A stretch of 56,149 bases of DNA. It comes from Promethearchaeota archaeon (lineage in GTDB: Archaea > Asgardarchaeota > Lokiarchaeia > Sigyniarchaeales > SOKP01). This document shows, piece after piece, positions 1 through 9,516 of the stretch. Below the pieces are notes generated by a model. The model was not told where the DNA came from, searched no databases, and worked only from the letters and a program-made list of their open reading frames with translations. Within the stretch, counting starts at the first letter, position 1. The number at the start of each line of letters is the position of its first letter. The DNA is taken from assembly GCA_048940925.1 (NCBI GenBank), contig JBHLOC010000030.1, positions 1 through 56,149 on the forward strand, written 5' to 3'. The position numbers were made by a program, and so were the translations under genes.

Positions 1-390
1 ACAAATCCGGTTATTACCGATACTCCGAGCGATCTGACGGTGGAAGAGGGATATACTGCACAGAATTTATCTTGGACTGCGACCGATGCGAATCCTAATA
101 CATACACCATTGAATCAGAAGGTACAGGTATAGTTGAGGGTCCAACTGCATGGACGAGCGGTGGATTAATAACTTATGATATTCCAGATGGTTTATCACC
201 TGGAGTCTATACATATATAATTACATTTATCGACGAGAGTGGGAATACTGTTTCTGATACTGTAGTCTTTACTGTTGAAGAAGTAGCAGATGGTAGAGGG
301 GCTATATCTTTCGGTAATTATTATATATTATTCACTGTTTTGTCTATAATAGGCGTGCTCATACTTATAAAAAGAAAAATAATTCATTAA
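1..390 (+). CDS. C-terminal part of a cell-surface protein (Ig-like beta domain plus C-terminal membrane anchor); 5'-truncated by the window edge
   Basis: Frame is open from base 1 (TNPVITDTPSDLTVEEG...). Thr/Gly-rich beta-strand pattern, then ISFGNYYILF + hydrophobic helix + KRK tail. Confidence 0.75.
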   Translation, partial: TNPVITDTPSDLTVEEGYTAQNLSWTATDANPNTYTIESEGTGIVEGPTAWTSGGLITYDIPDGLSPGVYTYIITFIDESGNTVSDTVVFTVEEVADGRGAISFGNYYILFTVLSIIGVLILIKRKIIH

Positions 391-548
391 AGTGATTTTC
401 AAATAAAAAATATCAAAATTCTTTTTTTTCCATTTTACATATTTAATTTAGTTTAAAAAATAGGTTAATTCAAGATTTTTTTCTGACATGCAATTTATTA
501 TTTTTTCAATCATAATCGTTAAAACTAATTTTTCATTGAAAAACTAGA

Positions 549-1481
549 TTAGGTTTGAGATAATAATTCGATTAAGGCTCTTGGAATTTCTTTATAATCA
601 TTCACAGCATAAAATTTTCCTTTTCCAACTTTAGCAATTTCTCTGCAGGTATTAATTCCTTGATTTGCATCATTTTCTGCTGGCATCCCGATGACATGAA
701 GCTTGGGAAAATTTTTTGCTACTTCGACTGGATTTTCTCCTCTGTTATAATTCCCATCGCTAATTAAAATCCCAAATTTCTCTTTTACGGGATGCCTAAT
801 TTTATTTAATTCTTTTAAACCCTTTTTTAAACCAAGAAAAATATTTGTAAAACCAACGGCTTCTGAATCTAAAATCTCATCAATTATAGTGATAATATCT
901 TTTTTTTGGTCTATCTTTTTAAGAGTCATTGCGGTTGAATTAAATAACACAATAGCAAAATCTTCCTTTTCCATATGGTAAGCTAAAACAGAAGCTGTAA
1001 GCGCTGCATTCAATAATAAGCGCCCATACATACTCCCACTAGTATCTAAAATCAACACAATATTTCTTTTTTGACGCTTTCTTACAATTCCAAAAATATC
1101 TTGATAATTCAAACTTTTTTCGTATATTTTTAAAGGATTATGCTGGATTGTTTCATCAAGACTGAATTCAGGCATTCCAATCTGATATTTTGGAACTGTT
1201 TTTTTAAATTGACCTCTTATGCCCCTACTAGTTATTTTTAATGAGAGTTTTAAAATACTCTGCCTTGCTAACCGTCTGAAAATAGCTTTATATTTTTTTG
1301 AGATAGGACGTCTAATAAAAAAGTAAACTTCTGGCATAAAATCTCCCGATTCTTTAGCTTTTTCAGCGAAAAATTGCACACCTTCTTCAGTATCTAAAGC
1401 ATCTGTCGCAGCATAGACATTTGCTTTAAGTAAACCCATTATTGCCTCTAAGTTTTTATATTGGATTGCGAGATAGGTCAT
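549..1481 (-). CDS. VWA-domain protein, partner of the upstream MoxR ATPase; frame stays open upstream to 1673 with no ATG/GTG/TTG
   Basis: MIDAS motif DTSGS, later T (GFTNI) and ISDG. Adjacent to MoxR. Confidence 0.85.
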   Translation of the reverse strand: MTYLAIQYKNLEAIMGLLKANVYAATDALDTEEGVQFFAEKAKESGDFMPEVYFFIRRPISKKYKAIFRRLARQSILKLSLKITSRGIRGQFKKTVPKYQIGMPEFSLDETIQHNPLKIYEKSLNYQDIFGIVRKRQKRNIVLILDTSGSMYGRLLLNAALTASVLAYHMEKEDFAIVLFNSTAMTLKKIDQKKDIITIIDEILDSEAVGFTNIFLGLKKGLKELNKIRHPVKEKFGILISDGNYNRGENPVEVAKNFPKLHVIGMPAENDANQGINTCREIAKVGKGKFYAVNDYKEIPRALIELLSQT

Positions 1482-1628
1482 TTCTTTAATTTGCTTATAA
1501 TCTAATGTATTAGCAAGGCTCTGGTAATAATCTGGCTTTTTCTTTTTTTTTCTGATTATTTCAAACTTTAAAATTTCTTTATCTGGGCGAGATTCAGTAA
1601 GTCTAACATGCAGCCTTTTCTCAATCTC

Positions 1629-1670
1629 ATCGGATTCCTCCTCTGAGAAATCATCGATTATTGAAAATCC
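1629..1670 (-). other. candidate -1 programmed ribosomal frameshift signal (G_GAU_UUU + 5-nt spacer + hairpin)
   Basis: Heptamer GGATTTT at 1670-1664, one codon before the MoxR stop. Hairpin AUCG-AU-GAUUUCUC-AGAG-GAGGAAUC-CGAU at 1658-1629. The -1 frame is the VWA frame. Confidence 0.55.
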
Positions 1671-2530
1671 GTTTTATTCAAAACAGCTAAAACAATATTG
1701 GTGATTATTTCTTTCTTAGATTGAGTTAATCCATCTTCTAACTCAATTTTATTATACAATGCCATTACTGCAGATTCCACCCAATTTTTTGTACTTCTAC
1801 TATTTTCATATTTATCTATTAGAGTAGCGAGATCAATACCACCTCTAATGGAGCTTCCTCTACGAATAGACGTACTATCTCTTGTTGCTTGTACCACTAA
1901 TTGAGATATTGTGGAAATTCTATCAGAATTTATGTTAGCTTCCTGTTTAATGATTGAAATTTCTTCTTCTGGAGTTTGGTATTCTAAATTGATCCATACA
2001 AATCTATCTTTTAATGCCTCCCCTAAGACAGTAACACCTACATGAGCCGCGGGATTTTGAGTAGCAATTACAAAAAAATTATTGTGGGCCTTAATTGTCT
2101 TTAATTTAGGAATTTCGAGTATTCCTTCATCAAGGGCAGTTAGTAATGAATTTTGAGTATTTTCAGGCATTCGATTTATTTCATTTATAAATAAACATCC
2201 TCCATTCAACATTGCTAAAGTTAGGGGACCATATCTATAAGAATCTTCATTATAACCTTTCGCAATCACAAGGGGTGGTTCAAAATAACCGACAAGATTA
2301 TGAGGTAGTAATTCTTCACTACAATCAACTCTATAAAAATTAGATTCATTAGAGCCATAATATTTAGCAATGGCTTTAGCTAATGTAGTTTTTCCTACTC
2401 CTACATTTCCTTCTAATAAGATATTCTTACCTACTGAGCGAGCTAAGACAATTTGTTTTAATTCTTCTGTTCTACCAATTATTTTAAATCTCTCTTGTAC
2501 TTCTCTTACTATACTGGTCATATCAACCAT
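1658..2530 (-). CDS. MoxR-family AAA+ ATPase
   Basis: Walker A GNVGVGKT, variant Walker B LFINEINR, ATQNP sensor, ALKDRF arginine finger. Confidence 0.9.
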   Translation of the reverse strand: MVDMTSIVREVQERFKIIGRTEELKQIVLARSVGKNILLEGNVGVGKTTLAKAIAKYYGSNESNFYRVDCSEELLPHNLVGYFEPPLVIAKGYNEDSYRYGPLTLAMLNGGCLFINEINRMPENTQNSLLTALDEGILEIPKLKTIKAHNNFFVIATQNPAAHVGVTVLGEALKDRFVWINLEYQTPEEEISIIKQEANINSDRISTISQLVVQATRDSTSIRRGSSIRGGIDLATLIDKYENSRSTKNWVESAVMALYNKIELEDGLTQSKKEIITNIVLAVLNKTDFQ

Positions 2531-2676
2531 ATATTTGGGAATTAAACATTTCTAAAATAATTTTAGATTAAAATCATTAGATCATAAAAAATTATCTTTT
2601 TAAAAATTGCCAATTAAATACTAATTTATAATTGATTTGCTAAGAGATTAAATACTTCTCTTCTTTATAATGATTT

Positions 2677-3696
2677 ATGGAGGAAAAAACATATAAAATC
2701 GTCTATATTGTTGGTTTGTTAGTGACCACAGGATTAATGTTTTTAATTCTGTTTTTGGGTCATTTATCTCTCAACTTTACATTTCTTGTCTTTTTTTGGG
2801 TTGTAAAATTTTTAGCAGGTTTTGGTTTAGTCCTAAGTATATCAAATGGTTTCTTATTATTAATGGATAAGTTAAGTAATAAATTGGGTAAAAGAGGTAC
2901 TACAGTTTTAATTGTAATTGAGATAATTATTCCAGCACTTTTAATTGCTTATGCAATTTATACAATCATATCAAGTTATACCCAAGCAGCTGCGGTTACT
3001 CAAACAGGTCTGTGGCTATGGTTTGATAATATTATATATATTTACGGGATAATTTCCTTGCTACTAAATCTTTATATTATACCTTTAGCGAGTGAAGAAT
3101 TTCATAAGGCTGTTGAAATGAGTAAACTTTCCTTCTGGAAAAAAGGAGCGAAGAAGGTTGCCAGAAAAATTAAAAAGGAATACTTTTCTCTGAGAAAGGA
3201 ATACGCAAAAGCCCAAGTACAAGATCAAATGGCTGTGAAAGATATTTTAGATTTATGGCGCAATAAATTTGCAGTTAATTTATTATTAATTTTAGCTATT
3301 GGTTCATTTATTTTTATGCCGATCGCCTTTATTTGTGTACTATATTGGCTTCATTTATATGTTTTTTATAGATTGCAAATTAGATTATGGGAAAAAGCAT
3401 TTTTACTGATTGGGATGATTTGGATTGGATTTATTGCCGTTATTTTACCATTTTTAAGTTTTCCGAAAGTAGTGGAGATTTGGATAACTATCGATCCTTA
3501 CTTTTGGACTGCAAATGTATTATATCTAGTTGGAATTATTTTAGCAACCTTTATCTTTATAAAAAAAGTACTTAATTTACAAGGGATTACTATTAGTGGA
3601 CTAAAGATCCAACTGAAAAACAAAAAAATTACGAGGCTTAAAAAAGAAAAAGAAGAATTAGAAAAACAATTGAAAGAAAAAAACTCAAATTCGTAG
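2677..3696 (+). CDS. multi-pass membrane protein of unknown function with a C-terminal coiled coil
   Basis: About 7 hydrophobic segments and a Lys/Glu-rich C-terminus. Confidence 0.75.
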   Translation: MEEKTYKIVYIVGLLVTTGLMFLILFLGHLSLNFTFLVFFWVVKFLAGFGLVLSISNGFLLLMDKLSNKLGKRGTTVLIVIEIIIPALLIAYAIYTIISSYTQAAAVTQTGLWLWFDNIIYIYGIISLLLNLYIIPLASEEFHKAVEMSKLSFWKKGAKKVARKIKKEYFSLRKEYAKAQVQDQMAVKDILDLWRNKFAVNLLLILAIGSFIFMPIAFICVLYWLHLYVFYRLQIRLWEKAFLLIGMIWIGFIAVILPFLSFPKVVEIWITIDPYFWTANVLYLVGIILATFIFIKKVLNLQGITISGLKIQLKNKKITRLKKEKEELEKQLKEKNSNS

Positions 3697-3721
3697 CTAA
3701 TTTAACCAAAGTTTTATATTT

Positions 3722-4972
3722 TTATGTAGGGAAAAGTCTTACTTTGACTTTATCTCCTTTTTTTAAACCTTCTTGATGAGGAGGGATTTCAACTATTCCA
3801 TCTGAAAAAATTAACGAACTTATAATTCCCGATCCTTTTAATTTTATTGGTGTGGCAATAAGTTCTTCTTTAGCTTTTTCAAGTTTTACTCTTAAATAAT
3901 GAAGATATCCAAGGCTAGAAACGGGGATATCCTTACCAATTGTTGCGAAAATTTCAATTCTTGGATCAAGAACAGAGGCTCCTAACATTTTTCGAATTGC
4001 AAGCCCTGCAATTTTTAAAAAAGATACATATGCGGCAACCGGAGTGCCAGGCAGGCAAAAAATTAAAGTGTTATTTAATAGACCGATTAATACGGGGGCT
4101 CCTGGTCTTTGAGCAATTCCATGTATTAAAATCGTACCTATTTCATCGATAACTTCAGGTAGATAATCTTTAGTACCGACTGAAGTACCTCCAGTGAAAA
4201 TGATAATTTGAGAATCTTTTGTAGCATCAATTAATTTGATTTTAATAGCATTTTTATCATCTTCTACAGTCTCCCCTCTAATAACTATTCCGCCATACGT
4301 ATTGGTCAGAGCAGAAACCATTGGAGTATTTGAATTATAAATTTTTCCTGGTTGAAGCTTTTCACCAGGTTCAAGTAATTCATCACCAGAAGAAAAAATG
4401 CTTATTTTTGGTTTAGATCGAACTTGTATATATTTAAATCCCAATGAAGTTAAAAATGCTATATGTTCAGCTTTTAACTCAGTCCCCTTGCTTAAAACAT
4501 GGGTTCCTTTCTTAATATCTTCCCCTTTCTTTGAAATATTCTTCCAAGGAGGTATAGAAACATATAAATTAACAATATCACCCTCAATTTCGGTGTCTTC
4601 AATTTTTATAACGGCATCTGCTCCTTCTGGTATTGGAGCTCCTGTAGATATTCTGATTGCTTCACCATTATTAAGTATAAAGTTGGAATATTCACCAATT
4701 TCCACTTTTCCCACTAGCTTAATTTGTTTTGGATTTTTAGGGGAAGCATTAAATGAATCTTCTGCTTTGATGGCATATCCATCCATAGCAGACCGATTAA
4801 AGGGGGGAAGATCTATTTCACATATTATATCAGTAGCTAAAATTCGATTTAATGATTTACTTAAATCAACTTGTTCAATTGGATTTAATTCAATTCGTAA
4901 TAAAAGTGTTTTTAAAGCATCTTCTAAAGAGGTCAGTTTTGAAAATCCTATTTTTCTTAATTTGTTAACCAT
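3722..4972 (-). CDS. moeA: molybdopterin molybdenumtransferase MoeA
   Basis: PPFNRSAMDGYA, ISTGAPIPEGADAV, SSGDEL, TGGTSVG, LPGTP. Confidence 0.95.
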   Translation of the reverse strand: MVNKLRKIGFSKLTSLEDALKTLLLRIELNPIEQVDLSKSLNRILATDIICEIDLPPFNRSAMDGYAIKAEDSFNASPKNPKQIKLVGKVEIGEYSNFILNNGEAIRISTGAPIPEGADAVIKIEDTEIEGDIVNLYVSIPPWKNISKKGEDIKKGTHVLSKGTELKAEHIAFLTSLGFKYIQVRSKPKISIFSSGDELLEPGEKLQPGKIYNSNTPMVSALTNTYGGIVIRGETVEDDKNAIKIKLIDATKDSQIIIFTGGTSVGTKDYLPEVIDEIGTILIHGIAQRPGAPVLIGLLNNTLIFCLPGTPVAAYVSFLKIAGLAIRKMLGASVLDPRIEIFATIGKDIPVSSLGYLHYLRVKLEKAKEELIATPIKLKGSGIISSLIFSDGIVEIPPHQEGLKKGDKVKVRLFPT

Positions 4973-4974
4973 TA

Positions 4975-5511
4975 TTATTCCTCCTTATTAATCATGTATA
5001 CAACATGTTTTAATTCGGGAATCAACAACTCCCTAAATGCTAATTCAACTGCCTTAGGCGATCCTGGAAGTAAAAATATTGCTTTATCTTTTATTTTCCC
5101 TCCAGTAGCTCTTGATAACATCGCTGCAGGACCAATTTCCTTATAAGATAAATTTCTAAAAAGTTCACCAAAACCCTTAATTTCTTTTTCTAACATGGGT
5201 TTAATAGTTTCATAAGTAATATCTCTAATAGTTAAACCCGTACCCCCACTAAATATTATAGAATGAATGGATTTATTCACTATAAACTTATTTAAGACAT
5301 CTTTAATCTTTTCTTCATTATCTGGTACGATTTCAGTGGCATACAATGAGATTGTTTCATAATTTTTTAATAAATGTTTTATTAATGGAATTGTTTTATC
5401 CGTACTTTCTTCCATTTTTTGTAATTCATTAAATCGAGTAGTACTGACAATAACTAAAGCTATATTAACGATTTTTGGACCTTTTTTTTTATGTTCTTCA
5501 TGAACTTTCAT
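4975..5511 (-). CDS. moaB: molybdopterin adenylyltransferase MoaB/MogA
   Basis: SGGTGLTIRDIT, GFGELFR, AMLSRA, LLPGSPKA. Confidence 0.92.
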   Translation of the reverse strand: MKVHEEHKKKGPKIVNIALVIVSTTRFNELQKMEESTDKTIPLIKHLLKNYETISLYATEIVPDNEEKIKDVLNKFIVNKSIHSIIFSGGTGLTIRDITYETIKPMLEKEIKGFGELFRNLSYKEIGPAAMLSRATGGKIKDKAIFLLPGSPKAVELAFRELLIPELKHVVYMINKEE

Positions 5512-6752
5512 TAAAAGAAAAACACCCTCCTTTTATCTCCTTTCTCTATGATCGATTCTAACTCATCAATCTCTATATATCCATTAGCATTAAAAATTGT
5601 GCTAATTGCTTCGGAGCCAGTTTTTATAGGAAAAATCTTTTTTTTACCATTAATATCTTCAATTTGAATCGCTTTGAATTCATGGCGTCCTACTGTGCTA
5701 TAAATTCTCTCTCCAACTTCCATTATTATAGAATTTCGTTCTTTCAAGGGATATCCCGACATTCGTCTTAAAAAATCATCTAAAAACACATAAAAACAAC
5801 TAAGGGCTGAAGTAGGATAACCTGGAAGGATAAAAATAATTTTTTTCTTTAATTTGCAGAAGATTATAGGTTTTCCAGGTTTTATTCTTACACCATGAAC
5901 CATAATTTCAATATCTTCATACTCTTCTAAAACTTTAATCCCTATATCTCCTTCACCCTTAGAAGTGCCTCCTGAAAGTATCACAATATCACTTTTCTTT
6001 AAGGCATCATCAATGTTTTGTTTTAGAACTCTATAATTATCTTCAATAATGCCTAAAAATTTAACCGTAGCACCCGTATTTTCTATAGCTTTCTTTAATA
6101 CAGTAGAATTTACATCATAAATTTTACCAATATCTAATTTTTCACTGGTTTGATCAACTAATTCATTACCAGTACTCATTAAACTTACAATTGGTTTACT
6201 ATATACAGGAACTTCTTTAATGCCGCATGATGCAAGAATGCCCATTGTAGCTAAATCTATTAATGTGTCTTTATGGAGGATAACTTCTCCTTTTTTAATG
6301 TCATGTCCTATATTTATTACATATGTTCCTGGTGTTGTTGCCTTTGAAATTAGAATTTTTTGTCCTTCTTGGGTAGTAAATTCTACCATGATTACAGCAT
6401 CTGAACCATCGGGAAGGGCAGCACCAGTTGCTACATATGAACATTGTCCGTGCTTTAATTTTTTTTGAGGGATATCTCCAGCTTGAATCGTTTCTATTAG
6501 TTCGAGCTCAATCAGATTATCTTCTTCAGCGTTGAAGGTATCTTCAGCTATTACCGCATACCCATCCATCCGGGATTTTCGAAAATGAGGAACATCAATA
6601 GGACTATTTAAATCAACTGAAAGTACTCTATTAAAACAATCTGATATTTTAATATTTTCCACAATTAACTTCGGTTTTGGAATATTATTTAAAATTTCCT
6701 TAAACTCGTCTACTTTTATAGTTTTTAAGAATTTCACTTTTAATGCACCCAT
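5511..6752 (-). CDS. moeA: molybdopterin molybdenumtransferase MoeA (second paralogue)
   Basis: PHFRKSRMDGYA, VATGAALP, STGNEL, SGGTSKG, IKPGKP, LPGYP. Confidence 0.95.
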   Translation of the reverse strand: MGALKVKFLKTIKVDEFKEILNNIPKPKLIVENIKISDCFNRVLSVDLNSPIDVPHFRKSRMDGYAVIAEDTFNAEEDNLIELELIETIQAGDIPQKKLKHGQCSYVATGAALPDGSDAVIMVEFTTQEGQKILISKATTPGTYVINIGHDIKKGEVILHKDTLIDLATMGILASCGIKEVPVYSKPIVSLMSTGNELVDQTSEKLDIGKIYDVNSTVLKKAIENTGATVKFLGIIEDNYRVLKQNIDDALKKSDIVILSGGTSKGEGDIGIKVLEEYEDIEIMVHGVRIKPGKPIIFCKLKKKIIFILPGYPTSALSCFYVFLDDFLRRMSGYPLKERNSIIMEVGERIYSTVGRHEFKAIQIEDINGKKKIFPIKTGSEAISTIFNANGYIEIDELESIIEKGDKRRVFFF

Positions 6753-7189
6753 TCAGATGTTCCATTTAGAAAATTTTCCTTTTTCCACACAGCTATTTCC
6801 TTTTTATACATCTCTACAGCCTTACTAATTACCTCAAATCCTTCTTTTCTGTGTGCTGATGCTACTACTACATAAACCAGATCTTCAGAAAGCTCAAAAA
6901 ATCCTTTTAAATGGATGATTTTAACATCTATTATTCCTTGTTCTTGTTTTAACTCTTCACATATTTTATTAATACTATTATTTGCCAATTCATTAAATGC
7001 ATCAATCTTCATACTAATAACTGATTTGCCCTCTTTTGAACTTCCTCTAACTATTCCTGTAAATGTATGGATAGATCCAGCTTCTTTAATTTTAGGATTC
7101 TTTTTAATTGAATTGATTATGGTCTCTAAATTTATATGCCCTTTATCATAAATCCCCGAGTCAATTTCAATGTCTTCTTCAATTCCCAA
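6740..7189 (-). CDS. moaE: molybdopterin synthase catalytic subunit MoaE
   Basis: AGSIHTFTGIVR, VASAHRKEGF, VWKKE...W. Confidence 0.92.
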   Translation of the reverse strand: MGIEEDIEIDSGIYDKGHINLETIINSIKKNPKIKEAGSIHTFTGIVRGSSKEGKSVISMKIDAFNELANNSINKICEELKQEQGIIDVKIIHLKGFFELSEDLVYVVVASAHRKEGFEVISKAVEMYKKEIAVWKKENFLNGTSEWVH

Positions 7190-7195
7190 GACCTC

Positions 7196-7477
7196 TCAAC
7201 CCCCTGATACAGGTAATAAGAATGTAATTATATCTCCTTCACTTAATAGAATCGATAATATATTTTCGCCATGAATTGGTTGGTTATTTATTATCACAGA
7301 AATTTGATTACTCAGATTTTGAATTTTTTCATCCCAAATGATGTCTGAAAGACCATGATACTTATGTAATATTAAATCTACTAAATCTTTTAAATTATGA
7401 TTAGATAAATTGAACTCTTCACTCTCTCTACCGGTAATTTCTTTAAACTCTGCAAAATAAAGAACTTCAATTTTCAT
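7196..7477 (-). CDS. moaD: MoaD/SAMP ubiquitin-like sulfur carrier
   Basis: N-terminal YFA..E..G; C-terminal LLPVSGG; adjacent to moaE. Confidence 0.92.
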   Translation of the reverse strand: MKIEVLYFAEFKEITGRESEEFNLSNHNLKDLVDLILHKYHGLSDIIWDEKIQNLSNQISVIINNQPIHGENILSILLSEGDIITFLLPVSGG

Positions 7478-7493
7478 TTCATCATATCAACCT

Positions 7494-8414
7494 TTAAAAA
7501 TAGGGTTCTCTTGAATCTACTACTTGTTTCACAATTTGTTCATATTTCTCTAAAGAATAATGATTTTTTAAAGCTTGTTTTAAACTTTTTCCCAGATCTG
7601 AACGATAAAGGCATCCAAAAAGGTTTCCATCACACCCAACACGAAGTTTAGTACATCCCATACAAAATTCATGACTAGGTGTAATTGTCTCTATAATCGC
7701 GGAATTAGGCAATGTGAATACTTTCCGATTTTGCATGGACCCTCTTACTAATATTTGTTCCGCTTTTGATTCAAACTCTTTGATAATAGGTTTAAGATCT
7801 AAATGATGGGCATTATAGAAATCACCATTTCCCCCTATTGTTTCAGAAACTGGGTGCAATTCTATTAATTGTAAAATAAAACTATTTTTCGCACAAAAAT
7901 CAATAATTTCTTCCAATTCAGTGTCATTAATTCCTTTCATTAATACAAAATTTAACTTTATAACATTAAATCCAACCTTCTTTGCTTTCTGTAAACCTTC
8001 TAAAACTTTATCTAAGGAATTTGATCCATAAATCTTTTCATATACCTCTGGCTTAAGCGATCCTAATGAAACATTTATTCTATCTAAACCAGCTTTATAA
8101 AGTTCCTCAGCTTTATCAGATAGAAGAAATCCATTGGTGGTTATAGAAATATCTTTATACAAATGTAATTCAGAAACGTTTCTGATTATCTCTATAATTT
8201 CATTTCGACATAAAGGTTCTCCACCGGTAAATTTAATTCTAGTAACGTTTAGGACTTCTGCTAGTATTTTGCATAATTTTGTGATTTCTCCTACTGTTAA
8301 CTCTGAAGTTTTAGGAATAAAACCCTCTTGATCACAATATACACAATTATAATTGCATTTCGAGGTAATTGAAAACCTAATATGTTTGATTTCTCGATTA
8401 CATTTATCCTTCAT
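7494..8414 (-). CDS. moaA: GTP 3',8-cyclase MoaA (archaeal type)
   Basis: CNYNCVYC radical SAM motif, TGGEP, C-terminal CMGC-x13-C cluster motif. Confidence 0.93.
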   Translation of the reverse strand: MKDKCNREIKHIRFSITSKCNYNCVYCDQEGFIPKTSELTVGEITKLCKILAEVLNVTRIKFTGGEPLCRNEIIEIIRNVSELHLYKDISITTNGFLLSDKAEELYKAGLDRINVSLGSLKPEVYEKIYGSNSLDKVLEGLQKAKKVGFNVIKLNFVLMKGINDTELEEIIDFCAKNSFILQLIELHPVSETIGGNGDFYNAHHLDLKPIIKEFESKAEQILVRGSMQNRKVFTLPNSAIIETITPSHEFCMGCTKLRVGCDGNLFGCLYRSDLGKSLKQALKNHYSLEKYEQIVKQVVDSREPYF

Positions 8415-8426
8415 TTTTAATTTAAC

Positions 8427-8858
8427 TTATACTTCCTTAATTTTTTCTTCAACCTTGATGTCAGTAATTATCGTAGTAGGATATTGCCCCTTCTCATCCT
8501 TCTCATACATCTTAACAACATCCCAAATATTTAAGAGTGCAACATTAATTCCTGTTAAAGCCTCCATTTCAACACCTGTTCGAGCAAAACTTTTAACCGT
8601 GCAAGTAACTTGAATAGAGTTTTTATTTTCAATCTCAAATTCTAAAGAAACATTGTTTATTGGAATTGGATGACATAAAGGGATTAGATCTGGAACCTTC
8701 TTTACAGCATTAATGGCAGATATCTTTGCTATTGTAAAAACATCACCTTTTTCGACTTGATTGTTTTTTATTCTATTAATAGTCTCAGTCTTAAGAAATA
8801 TTCTCCCAGAAGCTTTAGCAATACGAGATATGGTATTTTTATCTGAAATATCAATCAA
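8427..8858 (-). CDS. moaC: cyclic pyranopterin monophosphate synthase MoaC
   Basis: MIDISDK, KGDV, LIPLCHP, TGVEMEAL, IWDVVK. Confidence 0.95.
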   Translation of the reverse strand: MIDISDKNTISRIAKASGRIFLKTETINRIKNNQVEKGDVFTIAKISAINAVKKVPDLIPLCHPIPINNVSLEFEIENKNSIQVTCTVKSFARTGVEMEALTGINVALLNIWDVVKMYEKDEKGQYPTTIITDIKVEEKIKEV

Positions 8859-8870
8859 AGGTTATCATTG

Positions 8871-8898
8871 ATCGTTGTATATAAAAAAACATAACGTA
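8871..8898. promoter_or_regulatory. ModE-like operator palindrome between moaC and mop
   Basis: ATCGTTGTATA-N6-AACATAACGTA, core CGTT-N16-AACG. Same geometry as the site at 13725. Confidence 0.6.
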
Positions 8899-9005
8899 TT
8901 TAATAAGTAAAAATTAGCAATCGATTTTATAATTTAGTCTTATTATTGGAAAATTAATGAATTATAATCTAGAAGTATTAATTTTAAGTCGATTTCCTAA
9001 TAAGT

Positions 9006-9218
9006 ATGAAAAATATTAGTGCTCGAAATGTATTAAAAGGAAAAGTAAAGAAGGTTATTCATGGTGCGGTTAATTCTGAGATTATCATTGAAATTGCGGA
9101 CGGAGTTGAGATAGTTTCAATTATTACTAAAAGTTCCGCTGAACGTTTAGGATTAAAAGAAGGCAAAGAAGCTTATGTAGTTGTAAAAGCTTCAAACGTA
9201 ATGATTGCGACAGATTAA
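9006..9218 (+). CDS. mop: molybdate/tungstate-binding Mop (molbindin, single TOBE domain)
   Basis: ISARNVLKG, SIITKSSAERLGL, VKASNVMI. Confidence 0.92.
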   Translation: MKNISARNVLKGKVKKVIHGAVNSEIIIEIADGVEIVSIITKSSAERLGLKEGKEAYVVVKASNVMIATD

Positions 9219-9516
9219 AAATATTTAATATTTATTATACTCCGCTAAATAAATCTGTTGTTCTTCAAAAGAATTGTAAAAATCATTTCATCAAAGCTTA
9301 AGAGCTTTAATTGAGTTTAGATCTACTTTAATATCTAAATGCTTTCAAGGAATTTATCAAATATTTTAAAAATTAAAGAAATTTTAGTTACACTATTTAT
9401 TTAATTATTTACATGAAAAATTTTTCCACGAATTCTTTAGTGATTTATTAAGATTGACTTTTTAATTCTATTTTTATAAATGATTAGATAACTATACCTC
9501 TAAATTGTTTGGAATG

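Noticed and set aside
4398-4991. 197-aa plus-strand ORF
   Set aside because: Antisense shadow of moeA with no recognisable motifs. The same applies to the other short antisense or nested ORFs in the track (e.g. 35071-35430, 50686-51105, 51532-51900, 52647-52967).
3722-6752. Two moeA paralogues as a novelty
   Set aside because: Duplicated moeA is common in archaea.
7196-7477. Ubiquitin-like GG protein as the dedicated substrate of the JAMM cluster
   Set aside because: Its position between moaA and moaE explains it as MoaD. A SAMP-like double role is possible but unsupported here.
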